From: a virus
Virus record (IMG/VR): IMGVR_UViG_3300025120_010481
Span: 15,204-79,203 of that record
Strand: one strand, 5' to 3'
Length of the DNA: 64,000 nt
The number at the start of each line of letters is the position of its first letter. The first letter of the stretch is position 1. The notes beneath the pieces were generated by a model. It was given only the letters and a program-made list of their open reading frames with translations. It made no database searches and was not told where the DNA came from. Below are positions 49,791 to 57,354 of this stretch, in pieces. The translations under genes and the position numbers were made by a program.

Positions 49791-50459
49791 TTAGATTTTG
49801 TGCTTTATGTCTTGCCATATAGCTGAAGTGATAACCATAGCAGCATCGTTGTCTGAGGGGTAGTGAACCCCCTGTAAAACACGAGCGTGACCAGCTAGAT
49901 TGGCTATTTCGTAAAACTTAGATGATTGTTCTGGGTAAATATCTGATAGAATTGATGCCATTAAAGTGGCATATGCTGTGTGCCCAGATGGATAAGCTGG
50001 GGTTTGATGGCTTTTAGTTTTAATTACATTGATAGTAATATCGTTGTAAAACCTTGGGAAAGCCGAAACTAACTGTTCGGGTCTAGGTCTATTGAATTTA
50101 TTTTTCAGAGATATAACAATAGGCTCTAAAATATTCCAAGACTTTTTAAACTTTGCAGCAGGCAACGGAAGGATGTCCGCACCTAGAAGTTCAACGAACA
50201 ACAGGTTCGGGTCTTTGTCTACTAGCATTACTAGGTTTTTCTCAGCCGCCGTTAGTGACTGAGTAAGCTCTGAGACTAGCTTTAACTCTGATTTGGTAAC
50301 ATCGCTAGTGTTTTTAGGTGGTTCAGTAAGCACCCCATATGGCTTTATCGAAACCAAATCGCTGAATTCGGTATCTTCTGGGGGTTTTTCCTCTCTGTAG
50401 CCCAGTCTGTCAATATTTTTCAACATTGATTCGTTAGCTTGCAATATAAACTTGCTCAA
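49791..50459 (-). CDS. PAP2-superfamily phosphatase/haloperoxidase-like protein
   Basis: KNKFNRPRP, YPSGH, ARVLQGVHYPSD. Confidence 0.88.
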   Translation of the reverse strand: MSKFILQANESMLKNIDRLGYREEKPPEDTEFSDLVSIKPYGVLTEPPKNTSDVTKSELKLVSELTQSLTAAEKNLVMLVDKDPNLLFVELLGADILPLPAAKFKKSWNILEPIVISLKNKFNRPRPEQLVSAFPRFYNDITINVIKTKSHQTPAYPSGHTAYATLMASILSDIYPEQSSKFYEIANLAGHARVLQGVHYPSDNDAAMVITSAIWQDIKHKI

Positions 50460-50464
50460 TTTAC

Positions 50465-51043
50465 CTACCTCGACTTGAAAAATGCTTCAATTAAACTTTC
50501 AGAATTTTTAAACTCATTAGATATACACAAATTTTGAAGAGTTTTCTTGACTTCCCCTGACTTATAGCCCAATGTTTTTAAGGATTTTATTGACTCTTTG
50601 ATTAAATCGTTGTTTTTGTTTAGATTTTTTTCAGGTTGGGGCTTGGAAGAATTAACCTTGGCAGTCTTTAACTTTTTGCTTTTGACAGAAGTGTGGCTTT
50701 TTTCAGGGCTTTTCTTGCTTTTGATTGGCCTTGTCTGCTTAACAGGCTTGATTACCTGCTTAACGGGCTTGCTTCTCCGCTCAACGGGCTTGCTTCTCCG
50801 CTTAACGGGCTTGCTTCTCCGCTTAGGCTGTTGTGGCATTTTGCTTACAAAGTTGACGACAATCGGCTCGTAAGGTTCAGTCACTTGATGTGAGATACTT
50901 TTACTCTCATGCACCACGAATAATCCTTTAATCGTCGAAGAAGAACCAATAAAACAGTTGAGGAAGTGAATAAATATCGGAGAGGTAAAGCTCAAAAATA
51001 ATATTATAGCAAAGTAAGAATCGTAAAATCCTGTATCGTTCAT
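50465..51043 (-). CDS. Membrane-anchored protein with basic repeats and RuvA C-terminal-like domain
   Basis: N-terminal TM; (RRSKPVK/E)x3; SIKSLKTLGYKSGEV..LIEAF. Confidence 0.55.
   Translation of the reverse strand: MNDTGFYDSYFAIILFLSFTSPIFIHFLNCFIGSSSTIKGLFVVHESKSISHQVTEPYEPIVVNFVSKMPQQPKRRSKPVKRRSKPVERRSKPVKQVIKPVKQTRPIKSKKSPEKSHTSVKSKKLKTAKVNSSKPQPEKNLNKNNDLIKESIKSLKTLGYKSGEVKKTLQNLCISNEFKNSESLIEAFFKSR
50762..50824. repeat. 21-bp tandem repeat x3 (coding)
   Basis: aacgggcttgcttctccgct(c/t) x3. Confidence 0.9.
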
Positions 51044-51052
51044 AATCTTAGC

Positions 51053-51262
51053 CTAATTTTCTTGTTCTTGTTCTTGTTGGTTTTCTTTTAAGAGTGAAGC
51101 AGTTAACTTTCTAATTTCTTCTTCCATTAAGTGAGTTTCTCTCTCAGCCTTTCTTTTTTCTTGGCTGGCTTTCTTTCTAGTTAGAGACTTTGTTTTGTTC
51201 CTAGAATCTTTTTCCTTCTTCTTTTTCAGGGCGTGCTTGATCTGCTTATGTGATTTACTCAT
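51053..51262 (-). CDS. Small basic protein
   Basis: Lys-rich ORF. Confidence 0.55.
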   Translation of the reverse strand: MSKSHKQIKHALKKKKEKDSRNKTKSLTRKKASQEKRKAERETHLMEEEIRKLTASLLKENQQEQEQEN

Positions 51263-51443
51263 TTTCGCTCCCACTATTAACCAATTTTTTAGATAACTTT
51301 AGACGGGTTTTGTTTAAACCTTTGATTGTCTTGTTTAGCTTTTTTAGCTCGCTGTTATTGATAGTGTTCTCACAACGCCATTGTAAGCGAGATATATGCT
51401 CATCAATGTCAAAAATTTGTTCTAGTAATGTTATTTTTTTCAT
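51255..51443 (-). CDS. Small hypothetical protein
   Basis: 62 aa ORF. Confidence 0.5.
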   Translation of the reverse strand: MKKITLLEQIFDIDEHISRLQWRCENTINNSELKKLNKTIKGLNKTRLKLSKKLVNSGSENE

Positions 51444-51459
51444 AATCTTTCCAATAAAA

Positions 51460-51557
51460 AGGCGAGCGAAGGCTCTTGTCGCACTGGGATTCCTCTAACG
51501 GTGTTGATCGCAACTAGCTCAGTGATACATCAACTCTCTGCAAGAGCCTTAACGCCT
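51460..51557. ncRNA. Unassigned structured RNA element
   Basis: Perfect 10-bp AAGGCTCTTG/CAAGAGCCTT and 5-bp outer stems enclosing two crossing helices. Confidence 0.45.
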
Positions 51558-51575
51558 ATTCTAACAATTCGTTAA

Positions 51576-51998
51576 TTAAAACGGAATATCTCCACCACTT
51601 TCAGTTGCTCCAGCACTCGTAGTTGCTCCAGTACTCGTAGTAGCAGCATAATTCGATGATGAACTAGACTGATTTAAAGGCTTCACTGTTTTATGAAGGC
51701 TGACAGGAGAGATACTAAACGCAGTTCTCTTGCAGTCGTTTTTGTCAGTCCATTCTCTTGACCGCAATCTACCTTCGACAATAACCTTATCTCCCTTTTT
51801 TAGTTCACAATTTTTTGCATAGTCGGCATTGTAGCCCCATGCGTCTACGTCAATAAACAAAGTTTCGTCTTTGGTCTTTGAGACCTTATCGGTGACTGCA
51901 ATTCTCATTTCTGCTAGACTGCGATGATCGTCGCCAATCTCCTTGAAAACTGGGTCTCTTGTAAGATTTCCCTTGACTGTAATTCTGTTGTTGTACAT
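51576..51998 (-). CDS. ssb: Single-stranded DNA-binding protein
   Basis: GNLTRDP, FIDVDAWG, KKGDKVIVEGRLRSREW, C-terminal DIPF. Confidence 0.93.
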   Translation of the reverse strand: MYNNRITVKGNLTRDPVFKEIGDDHRSLAEMRIAVTDKVSKTKDETLFIDVDAWGYNADYAKNCELKKGDKVIVEGRLRSREWTDKNDCKRTAFSISPVSLHKTVKPLNQSSSSSNYAATTSTGATTSAGATESGGDIPF

Positions 51999-52069
51999 TC
52001 TTAAACTCCTAAAACTAAATAAATCTGCATGAATTACATACGCTCACACAACCGCGTTTAACTTACTAT

Positions 52070-52098
52070 ATTATAGGTTGAATAATCTTTTTTGTCAA
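52070..52098 (-). promoter_or_regulatory. Consensus sigma70 promoter upstream of ssb
   Basis: TTGACA-N17-TATAAT exact match. Confidence 0.85.
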
Positions 52099-52174
52099 CC
52101 TAAAATTAAAAATTTTTAAAACTATATGTGTATACTTGATACATATATCTTATGTCTTGTTTATACAGGTGAAA

Positions 52175-52471
52175 ATGATGACTAATAAAAAAAGAATTAT
52201 TTCTGTTGCTAGCTCATGCTTGTTAGTTCTGGTATTACTTTTTACGATTAAACCTATTAGGTCATGCAGGCATTGCGGTCTACCAATAGAAATGCAGGAT
52301 ATAGAAACAAAAGAAATCAAAATTTTCAGAGAATCTTTGATGGCAATTATGTTTAGCCCAAACGCCAGCTTTTTACACTGGCTTTGCGTTGAGGACTACC
52401 TACTAGACAATCCCATTGAAAGGGATGAAAAGGGTGCGATCATTCAAAAGATTAGTTATCCTGAACAATAA
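52175..52471 (+). CDS. Membrane-anchored protein with CxxC..HxxC; the only convincing plus-strand gene
   Basis: AGGTGA RBS, TM segment, CRHC..HWLC; TGTGTATA motif upstream. Confidence 0.55.
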   Translation: MMTNKKRIISVASSCLLVLVLLFTIKPIRSCRHCGLPIEMQDIETKEIKIFRESLMAIMFSPNASFLHWLCVEDYLLDNPIERDEKGAIIQKISYPEQ

Positions 52472-52880
52472 AGTCATCGTTTACCGTTGGCATTACCGCT
52501 ACAGGAAGAATAATACCTTGATGAAGCATACGATTAAATTCGGTTACTTCTGATGGGACTTTACAGCAGCCGATAACTCTTGGCCTAGACTGCATAGCCT
52601 TTTTAACACCCCCACGCAACTTAGATGGAATTGATTTAACGGCTTCAACGGTATTGCATCTAGCAGATTTAACAGCCTTGACAGTTCTACTCTTAGCTTT
52701 TTGGACATGACACATTACGTTTCGTGCGGTGTCCTTCAGGGAAACTCTGGCTTTGTTTTTTAGGCAGGCTAGACGATCAAGTGCCGGAGTGTCGCACTCT
52801 GCCATTGATACATTAGAAAGGCCAATAGCAACAACAAAAAACGCAGCACACACAATAAGATTCTTCATTAAACTCTCCAT
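52452..52880 (-). CDS. Secreted hypothetical protein
   Basis: Signal-peptide-like N-terminus; basic repeats (VKAVKS/VEAVKS). Confidence 0.55.
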   Translation of the reverse strand: MESLMKNLIVCAAFFVVAIGLSNVSMAECDTPALDRLACLKNKARVSLKDTARNVMCHVQKAKSRTVKAVKSARCNTVEAVKSIPSKLRGGVKKAMQSRPRVIGCCKVPSEVTEFNRMLHQGIILPVAVMPTVNDDFIVQDN

Positions 52881-52924
52881 TTTAAAAAAATTATTTCCGA
52901 TACAACACGGAATTTGAAATCATA

Positions 52925-52948
52925 AAAGTCCGTTTTTTACAGAAACGG
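52925..52948 (-). terminator. Terminator after tmRNA coding piece
   Basis: CCGUUU..AAACGG stem followed by ACUUUU. Confidence 0.55.
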
Positions 52949-52959
52949 TTTGCATAAAA

Positions 52960-53200
52960 CTGGCTATGTTGGATGATAAGGTATAGCACCTCAGACAGCC
53001 TACGCTGCCATTGCGAAACTTGCGTTTGCAAATAACATTTTAGTCTGATTTTTAGAGAGCCATCAGACCAACTCTCTGTTGCGGTCATTGTTTCTTTTTG
53101 TCAGTCGATTCCATTACGTCCCCTTGATTTGGCAAGTGGAGACGGCGGGATTCGAACCCGCGTCCTGCACAAACTTCTGCAATAACGTCTACAACAATAT
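52960..53200 (-). ncRNA. ssrA: Circularly permuted two-piece tmRNA: acceptor piece ~53200-53137, 13-nt intervening segment, coding piece 53123-~52960; tag (A)ANASFAMAA
   Basis: Acceptor piece ends GACGCGGG-TTCGAAT-CCCGC-CGTCTCC-A; coding piece starts GGGGACG-TAATGGAATCGAC; 7-bp acceptor stem with G3:U70; PK1 GAGAG/CTCTC + GTCTGAT/ATCAGAC; tag at 53029-53000. Confidence 0.92.
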
Positions 53201-53212
53201 CCCCGAAGGGAG

Positions 53213-53285
53213 AGCCGCCTGTGGGAGTCGAACCTACAACCTGAGACTTACAAAATCCCTGCTCTGCCAATTGAGCTAAAGCGGC
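53213..53285 (-). tRNA. tRNA-Thr(UGU)
   Basis: GCCGCTT/AGGCGGC acceptor, GCTC/GAGC D-stem, loop TT-TGT-AA, TTCGACT T-loop; CCA not encoded. Confidence 0.93.
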
Positions 53286-53299
53286 TTATTCTTACAATT

Positions 53300-53328
53300 A
53301 TTATAGCACCTAAAACTATATTTGGCAA
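53300..53328 (-). promoter_or_regulatory. Sigma70 promoter for the tRNA-Thr/tmRNA transcript
   Basis: TTGCCA-N17-TATAAT, 14 nt upstream of the tRNA. Confidence 0.75.
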
Positions 53329-53351
53329 CCTGTTTTTTATTTTATTTACAA

Positions 53352-53909
53352 TTATATCTCTTTTACGTATAGATTCCACTCTTTGGGCATCGACTTAGAT
53401 ACTAGACTTTTAGAGTAAATATGTGCCATGTTAGGTTCTTTTGGGCTTTTAATAAGTTTCATGTCTGCCTCGGAAGGGGTTTTATTTCCCTTCTTGAAGT
53501 TACATCTCTTGCAAGAGATAACAATATTTTCCCAGCTATGGCTTTGCTTTCTTGATTTAAACCTACATTTAGGTATCACATGATCTATAGTGGCTTCTTT
53601 GTGTTCTAATAATTTTTGACAATACTGGCACTTACCTTCGTCTCTAATCATTACGCTTTTCTTTTTTATTTTAATCTTGCGTTTTCTTTTTATGTACTTA
53701 TTAGAAACCGCAACAGCAGGAACTTTTACATGATTACCGCTAGAGCTTTTAACTAGGTCGTCTAAATACCACTCGACAACCCTTACTCCGTAACCAGTTG
53801 CTCCATCACCAATCATACCTAAACAGATCGCCCTTTTCCAGTTAACTACTGTCAAGGGCTTCCAGTCTTGATTTAGTATTAAGCAAGGCTTGTGGTTACT
53901 TGTTTCCAT
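53352..53909 (-). CDS. HNH endonuclease (McrA-like)
   Basis: LILNQDWKPL, RDEGKCQYC, TIDHVIPK, WENIVISCKRCNFKKG.KTP.EA.M. Confidence 0.9.
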   Translation of the reverse strand: METSNHKPCLILNQDWKPLTVVNWKRAICLGMIGDGATGYGVRVVEWYLDDLVKSSSGNHVKVPAVAVSNKYIKRKRKIKIKKKSVMIRDEGKCQYCQKLLEHKEATIDHVIPKCRFKSRKQSHSWENIVISCKRCNFKKGNKTPSEADMKLIKSPKEPNMAHIYSKSLVSKSMPKEWNLYVKEI

Positions 53910-53932
53910 TTAAGAGACTCTCAATGTCAAAG

Positions 53933-54005
53933 CTGTGAGAACAGGACTCGAACCTGTGACCAAGAAATTAACAGTTTCCCGCTCTACCAACTGAGCTACC
54001 TCACA
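53933..54005 (-). tRNA. tRNA-Asn(GUU)
   Basis: TGTGAGG/TCTCACA acceptor, G73, loop CT-GTT-AA, ACAGG-TTCGAGT-CCTGT. Confidence 0.93.
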
Positions 54006-54016
54006 GAATTAGATGC

Positions 54017-54130
54017 TTAGTTCATAGGATGGGCTGACATTCCAACCCCATACTTTCCTACCGAAGCAGATAACGAGCAACCTGAAGTAATAGCAACTCC
54101 AATCAAAATTACAATCATCAAATTACGCAT
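54017..54130 (-). CDS. Small lipoprotein (37 aa)
   Basis: Manual translation MRNLMIVILIGVAITSG|CSLSASVGKYGVGMSAHPMN*; lipobox-like; AGGA RBS. Confidence 0.55.
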   Translation of the reverse strand: MRNLMIVILIGVAITSGCSLSASVGKYGVGMSAHPMN

Positions 54131-54157
54131 TTTAAATCCTTAGTAAGTAGTTAAACA

Positions 54158-54358
54158 TTAAAATAGTTTTGTTGTAGCGAGCTTTATAAGTCTATTAAAA
54201 AAATTAGACTCTTTAAACTTAAAGCCTTTGTTTCTCATATAAACATTATCGGCTTCGCCTTCTGTGTCCTTGAGGAATTTTTGGGATTTTTTCTGTAAAG
54301 CTGACTGAATACGCATTGCCTGCGAGTCACTTGTAGTTTCAAAATTTTTCATATACAA
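54158..54358 (-). CDS. Hypothetical protein
   Basis: 66 aa ORF. Confidence 0.5.
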   Translation of the reverse strand: MYMKNFETTSDSQAMRIQSALQKKSQKFLKDTEGEADNVYMRNKGFKFKESNFFNRLIKLATTKLF

Positions 54359-54368
54359 CCCCTTGTGC

Positions 54369-54527
54369 TAAAAATAGTCAGACTCACGAGTATCTGACAC
54401 GCCCCTTGAACTGAACCAAAAAAAACATTCCGCGTTAAACGCCTTGTGTTATTCTTGGTAGGGTATTTAAAACTCTTGAACGCTCATTTTTCACAGTCAA
54501 AGTTTACGTCCGCGAGTTGTGATTTAC
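54369..54527 (-). ncRNA. Candidate rod-shaped ncRNA (~155 nt), possibly 6S-like
   Basis: Own promoter and terminator-like 3' end; nested long-range helices with G-U pairs that favour the minus strand. Confidence 0.5.
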
Positions 54528-54533
54528 AATAAT

Positions 54534-54562
54534 ATTATATACCTAATATCTAGAAATTGCAA
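54534..54562 (-). promoter_or_regulatory. Sigma70 promoter
   Basis: TTGCAA-N17-TATAAT. Confidence 0.7.
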
Positions 54563-54605
54563 CTTAAAATTCAAGGTTTATACACAAATTTTTAAAAAAA
54601 GGTAA

Positions 54606-55853
54606 TTAAATGACAATTTCACAAGGCGAAAAGTTAATTGGTGCTTGACTTTCCAATGATTCAGACCAATCTGAGCAACGCCAGCAGTTTCTTCTACCTT
54701 TATTTCCACCGTGATTTATCGTAGAATGTTCGGATATATGAGAAACTGGAGACGGATCAACGTACCACATGCTTCTTTTAAGCCTTCTAACTATATCCCC
54801 CATAGCGTAATCGCTATTGTTAATCAAGTGGGGGTTGTCTCTTCTTCTTTGCAATATTTCTTCCTTGTTGCTTTTAGGGTGAACCCCAATCCAGTTTTTA
54901 GCTCTATCTGTATTTATCACGGCCTCCAAAACTCTTCTGTCCCATATCATAGCACAGGAACCCCACAAAGACCTAGTAAATATTCTATTAACACCTACTG
55001 GTCTAAGCTCCTTGTTCTTCTTTATGGTGTAATGTTTGGGAGTGTAAAGCGATACAAACCCAGCATCCTCACTAGGCCAAAGAACTTTTTCAGCATAAGT
55101 GAGTGAATCTGGGTGAAACAAAGCGTCATCTTGAACAGTCATTATAATATCCGCATCAGAATTATCAAGGGCATACTTGCAAGAATACAACCAATTGTGC
55201 CAAACCCCTCTCTTTTCTTCATTTCTAATCGTCAAGGCGTTTGAAACTTCGTGACTGTCGGGTTCAGCAAATAACACTGGGTCAAACCCAGCAACTATCA
55301 AAGAATTTACACATTGGTCAATTGTTGGGTTGGGTCTTGGTGCAGTAGTAACCGCAGTAAACCATTTAAATTTAGAAGATTTTTTCTCTTTTTTTGCTTT
55401 TGCTATAGCCTTTTGCACGAATTTAGATACTACGGTTCTAGTAGCTGAATCTGGAACCCACGACAGTAACTTCTTTGCTTTGGCTTTATTCGCTAAGTAA
55501 TCCACAATCGAGTCAAACCTTTCTTCGCAACCTTCAATGCCCCACCTGTTCATTTTGAGTGCATAAGCTCTACAACTACAACTTCCGCTGTCAAGAAATT
55601 GAGGTATAAGTTTTTTAAGCTCTGTTCCAACTCCTTGCCCAATCAAGTAATTTTCAGTTACAAGCTGCTCATCCCTAGACTTTAATTTATTTATTGAAAC
55701 GAGTGCCTTGTTGTATTGATTGTACTCCTTTGGTGTGTCACACGCCAAACAGAGCTTGCAATTCTGTTCAAATGCAGGTATTGGCCTTCCTGCCACCTCT
55801 GAGGCAACACTACAAATGCCATCTTTTAAATGTTCACATTCAATATTGTTCAT
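54606..55853 (-). CDS. Cys-rich N-terminal domain fused to a GT-A glycosyltransferase-like domain
   Basis: C-rich N-terminus; VTTAPR, GVWHNW, VQDDALF, VSLY, PSPVSH. Confidence 0.65.
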   Translation of the reverse strand: MNNIECEHLKDGICSVASEVAGRPIPAFEQNCKLCLACDTPKEYNQYNKALVSINKLKSRDEQLVTENYLIGQGVGTELKKLIPQFLDSGSCSCRAYALKMNRWGIEGCEERFDSIVDYLANKAKAKKLLSWVPDSATRTVVSKFVQKAIAKAKKEKKSSKFKWFTAVTTAPRPNPTIDQCVNSLIVAGFDPVLFAEPDSHEVSNALTIRNEEKRGVWHNWLYSCKYALDNSDADIIMTVQDDALFHPDSLTYAEKVLWPSEDAGFVSLYTPKHYTIKKNKELRPVGVNRIFTRSLWGSCAMIWDRRVLEAVINTDRAKNWIGVHPKSNKEEILQRRRDNPHLINNSDYAMGDIVRRLKRSMWYVDPSPVSHISEHSTINHGGNKGRRNCWRCSDWSESLESQAPINFSPCEIVI

Positions 55854-57058
55854 TATGCTGCCCCGCAGCTAGTAACATACATTTGACCTGCATAATCTGA
55901 TGGTTCAGTTGGGTGAGGTTGACATACGCACACCTGACCATCAATGTTTGGGCAAGTCTGGAACGGAAGCCAGTTACCACTTCCATCCCCTATGTAAACA
56001 CACGGAATTTCTTCGCAAGAACCGTATATCATTCGAGGTGCTAGACCGCCGCCTCCTCCACCTCCACCACCGCCGCCACCGCCGCCACCGCCACCGCCAT
56101 AAGAACCAATCGGTGGACACCAACTCTCACCGTCTTTCGGCCCAAAATAATAATTACAAACCCAATCATCAACTAAACATTGCTTGGACATGTCTGTTCT
56201 ACATCTACTTTGAGCGTAAGCTGATACAGTTACAGTCAGAAAATAGTTAGGGTTATTGGTGTCAAATGGGTCTGTAGTCGAAACGGCATCTCTGCTGCAA
56301 GCTATATGCAGGCCAGTCGCAGTAAAAGTACCGTTGTTTCCGACACCACTTCCGTTTCCGCAGCCAGAGAGTGAGATCGGACGACCACTACCAGTGCTGT
56401 CGTCCGGCTTAGGGGGAAACGCACCACCGCAACAGTCACCCGCTGTAAAAACAATCAGCGTCCACGTATTGGTTATTTTACTTGCTATATACAGTGCAGA
56501 AGGATCGCTTTCTGGCACAACGACTGCTGTGGCAGGGTCTCTTGTTGTAACGTAAACAATCTCGCAGGTAGTAGACAAATGCCAAAAGGCTTTCTCGGTT
56601 CCATCTAGAGCGAGATCATTACCTACCCAAGCACATCCAGTTATTTGATTTCCTACAGCCCAGTTAGTACCTGCTGCCGAACCATCTCCATGCTCTTCAA
56701 ATAGCCAAAGATTGCTGCCAAAACAACTGACTGGAGTAGTTCCCCTATCAAGATGCCCCTGATTTGTTGCGTTCTCATCTAAAACGTAAGGAACGGCAGA
56801 GCTAGTGGGATTAAAATCTTGATGTATTTCCGCTAGCCCATGAATGGATGCACCGCCACTACCCGTTGGGGTAAATTGAAGAACCAAACATCTAGCACAA
56901 TGAGGGCAATTACTAGAAGTAGAAACAGAAGAGCTAGATCGAGAATCAGAAACACTACTTGAAGAACTAGATTGAGACTCAGATTCAGAGCTAGACGAAG
57001 AAGACGAGCTAGACGAACTAGACGAAGGCTTTTCACAGCATATACAAGGTCTTCCCAT
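55853..57058 (-). CDS. Cys/Ser/Gly-rich protein, possible virion fibre/adhesin
   Basis: N-terminal CICC, ~40-residue Ser-rich tract, poly-Gly tract, Cys-rich C-terminus; raised GC. Confidence 0.6.
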   Translation of the reverse strand: MGRPCICCEKPSSSSSSSSSSSSSESESQSSSSSSVSDSRSSSSVSTSSNCPHCARCLVLQFTPTGSGGASIHGLAEIHQDFNPTSSAVPYVLDENATNQGHLDRGTTPVSCFGSNLWLFEEHGDGSAAGTNWAVGNQITGCAWVGNDLALDGTEKAFWHLSTTCEIVYVTTRDPATAVVVPESDPSALYIASKITNTWTLIVFTAGDCCGGAFPPKPDDSTGSGRPISLSGCGNGSGVGNNGTFTATGLHIACSRDAVSTTDPFDTNNPNYFLTVTVSAYAQSRCRTDMSKQCLVDDWVCNYYFGPKDGESWCPPIGSYGGGGGGGGGGGGGGGGGGLAPRMIYGSCEEIPCVYIGDGSGNWLPFQTCPNIDGQVCVCQPHPTEPSDYAGQMYVTSCGAA

Positions 57059-57066
57059 TTGTCGCC

Positions 57067-57354
57067 CTAAATAATTTTAAAAGGATTAATTTCTGCAAGT
57101 GCTAGGGCGAGCATCAATAGGTATTGGTTTAGTTCGTTGGGGGTAAGTTCATAACCCTTTTCCGCTATCCTGTTCCTAAGACTCAAACGCTCTGGCTTTT
57201 TAGATTTAGCAAGTGTATGTAAATAATTTATAGTTTTTTGATCAGACTCATAACAAACTTGAAGCAGATTACAGTAACAATTCCAAGCTGCTTCTATGTT
57301 TAAGTGATCATTGTAACACGTTTTTAGTATAATTAATAGGTCTTTCTTGTTCAT
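57067..57354 (-). CDS. Hypothetical protein
   Basis: 95 aa ORF with TGTGTATA motif upstream. Confidence 0.55.
   Translation of the reverse strand: MNKKDLLIILKTCYNDHLNIEAAWNCYCNLLQVCYESDQKTINYLHTLAKSKKPERLSLRNRIAEKGYELTPNELNQYLLMLALALAEINPFKII

Noticed and set aside
50762-50824. 21-bp repeats as a CRISPR array or iterons
   Set aside because: Contiguous, in frame and without spacers, so a coding repeat
53137-53200. Possible third tRNA or tRNA pseudogene/attachment site
   Set aside because: It has a T-arm and acceptor 3' strand but no D or anticodon arm upstream. Its pairing partner lies downstream, so it is the tmRNA acceptor piece.
52891-53279. ORFs 52891-53088(-), 53085-53270(-) and 53079-53279(+)
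   Set aside because: They overlap the tmRNA and tRNA-Thr. Only the 9-codon tag frame is likely translated.
55853-57058. Diversity-generating retroelement target
   Set aside because: No reverse transcriptase or template/variable repeat pair was seen in the window
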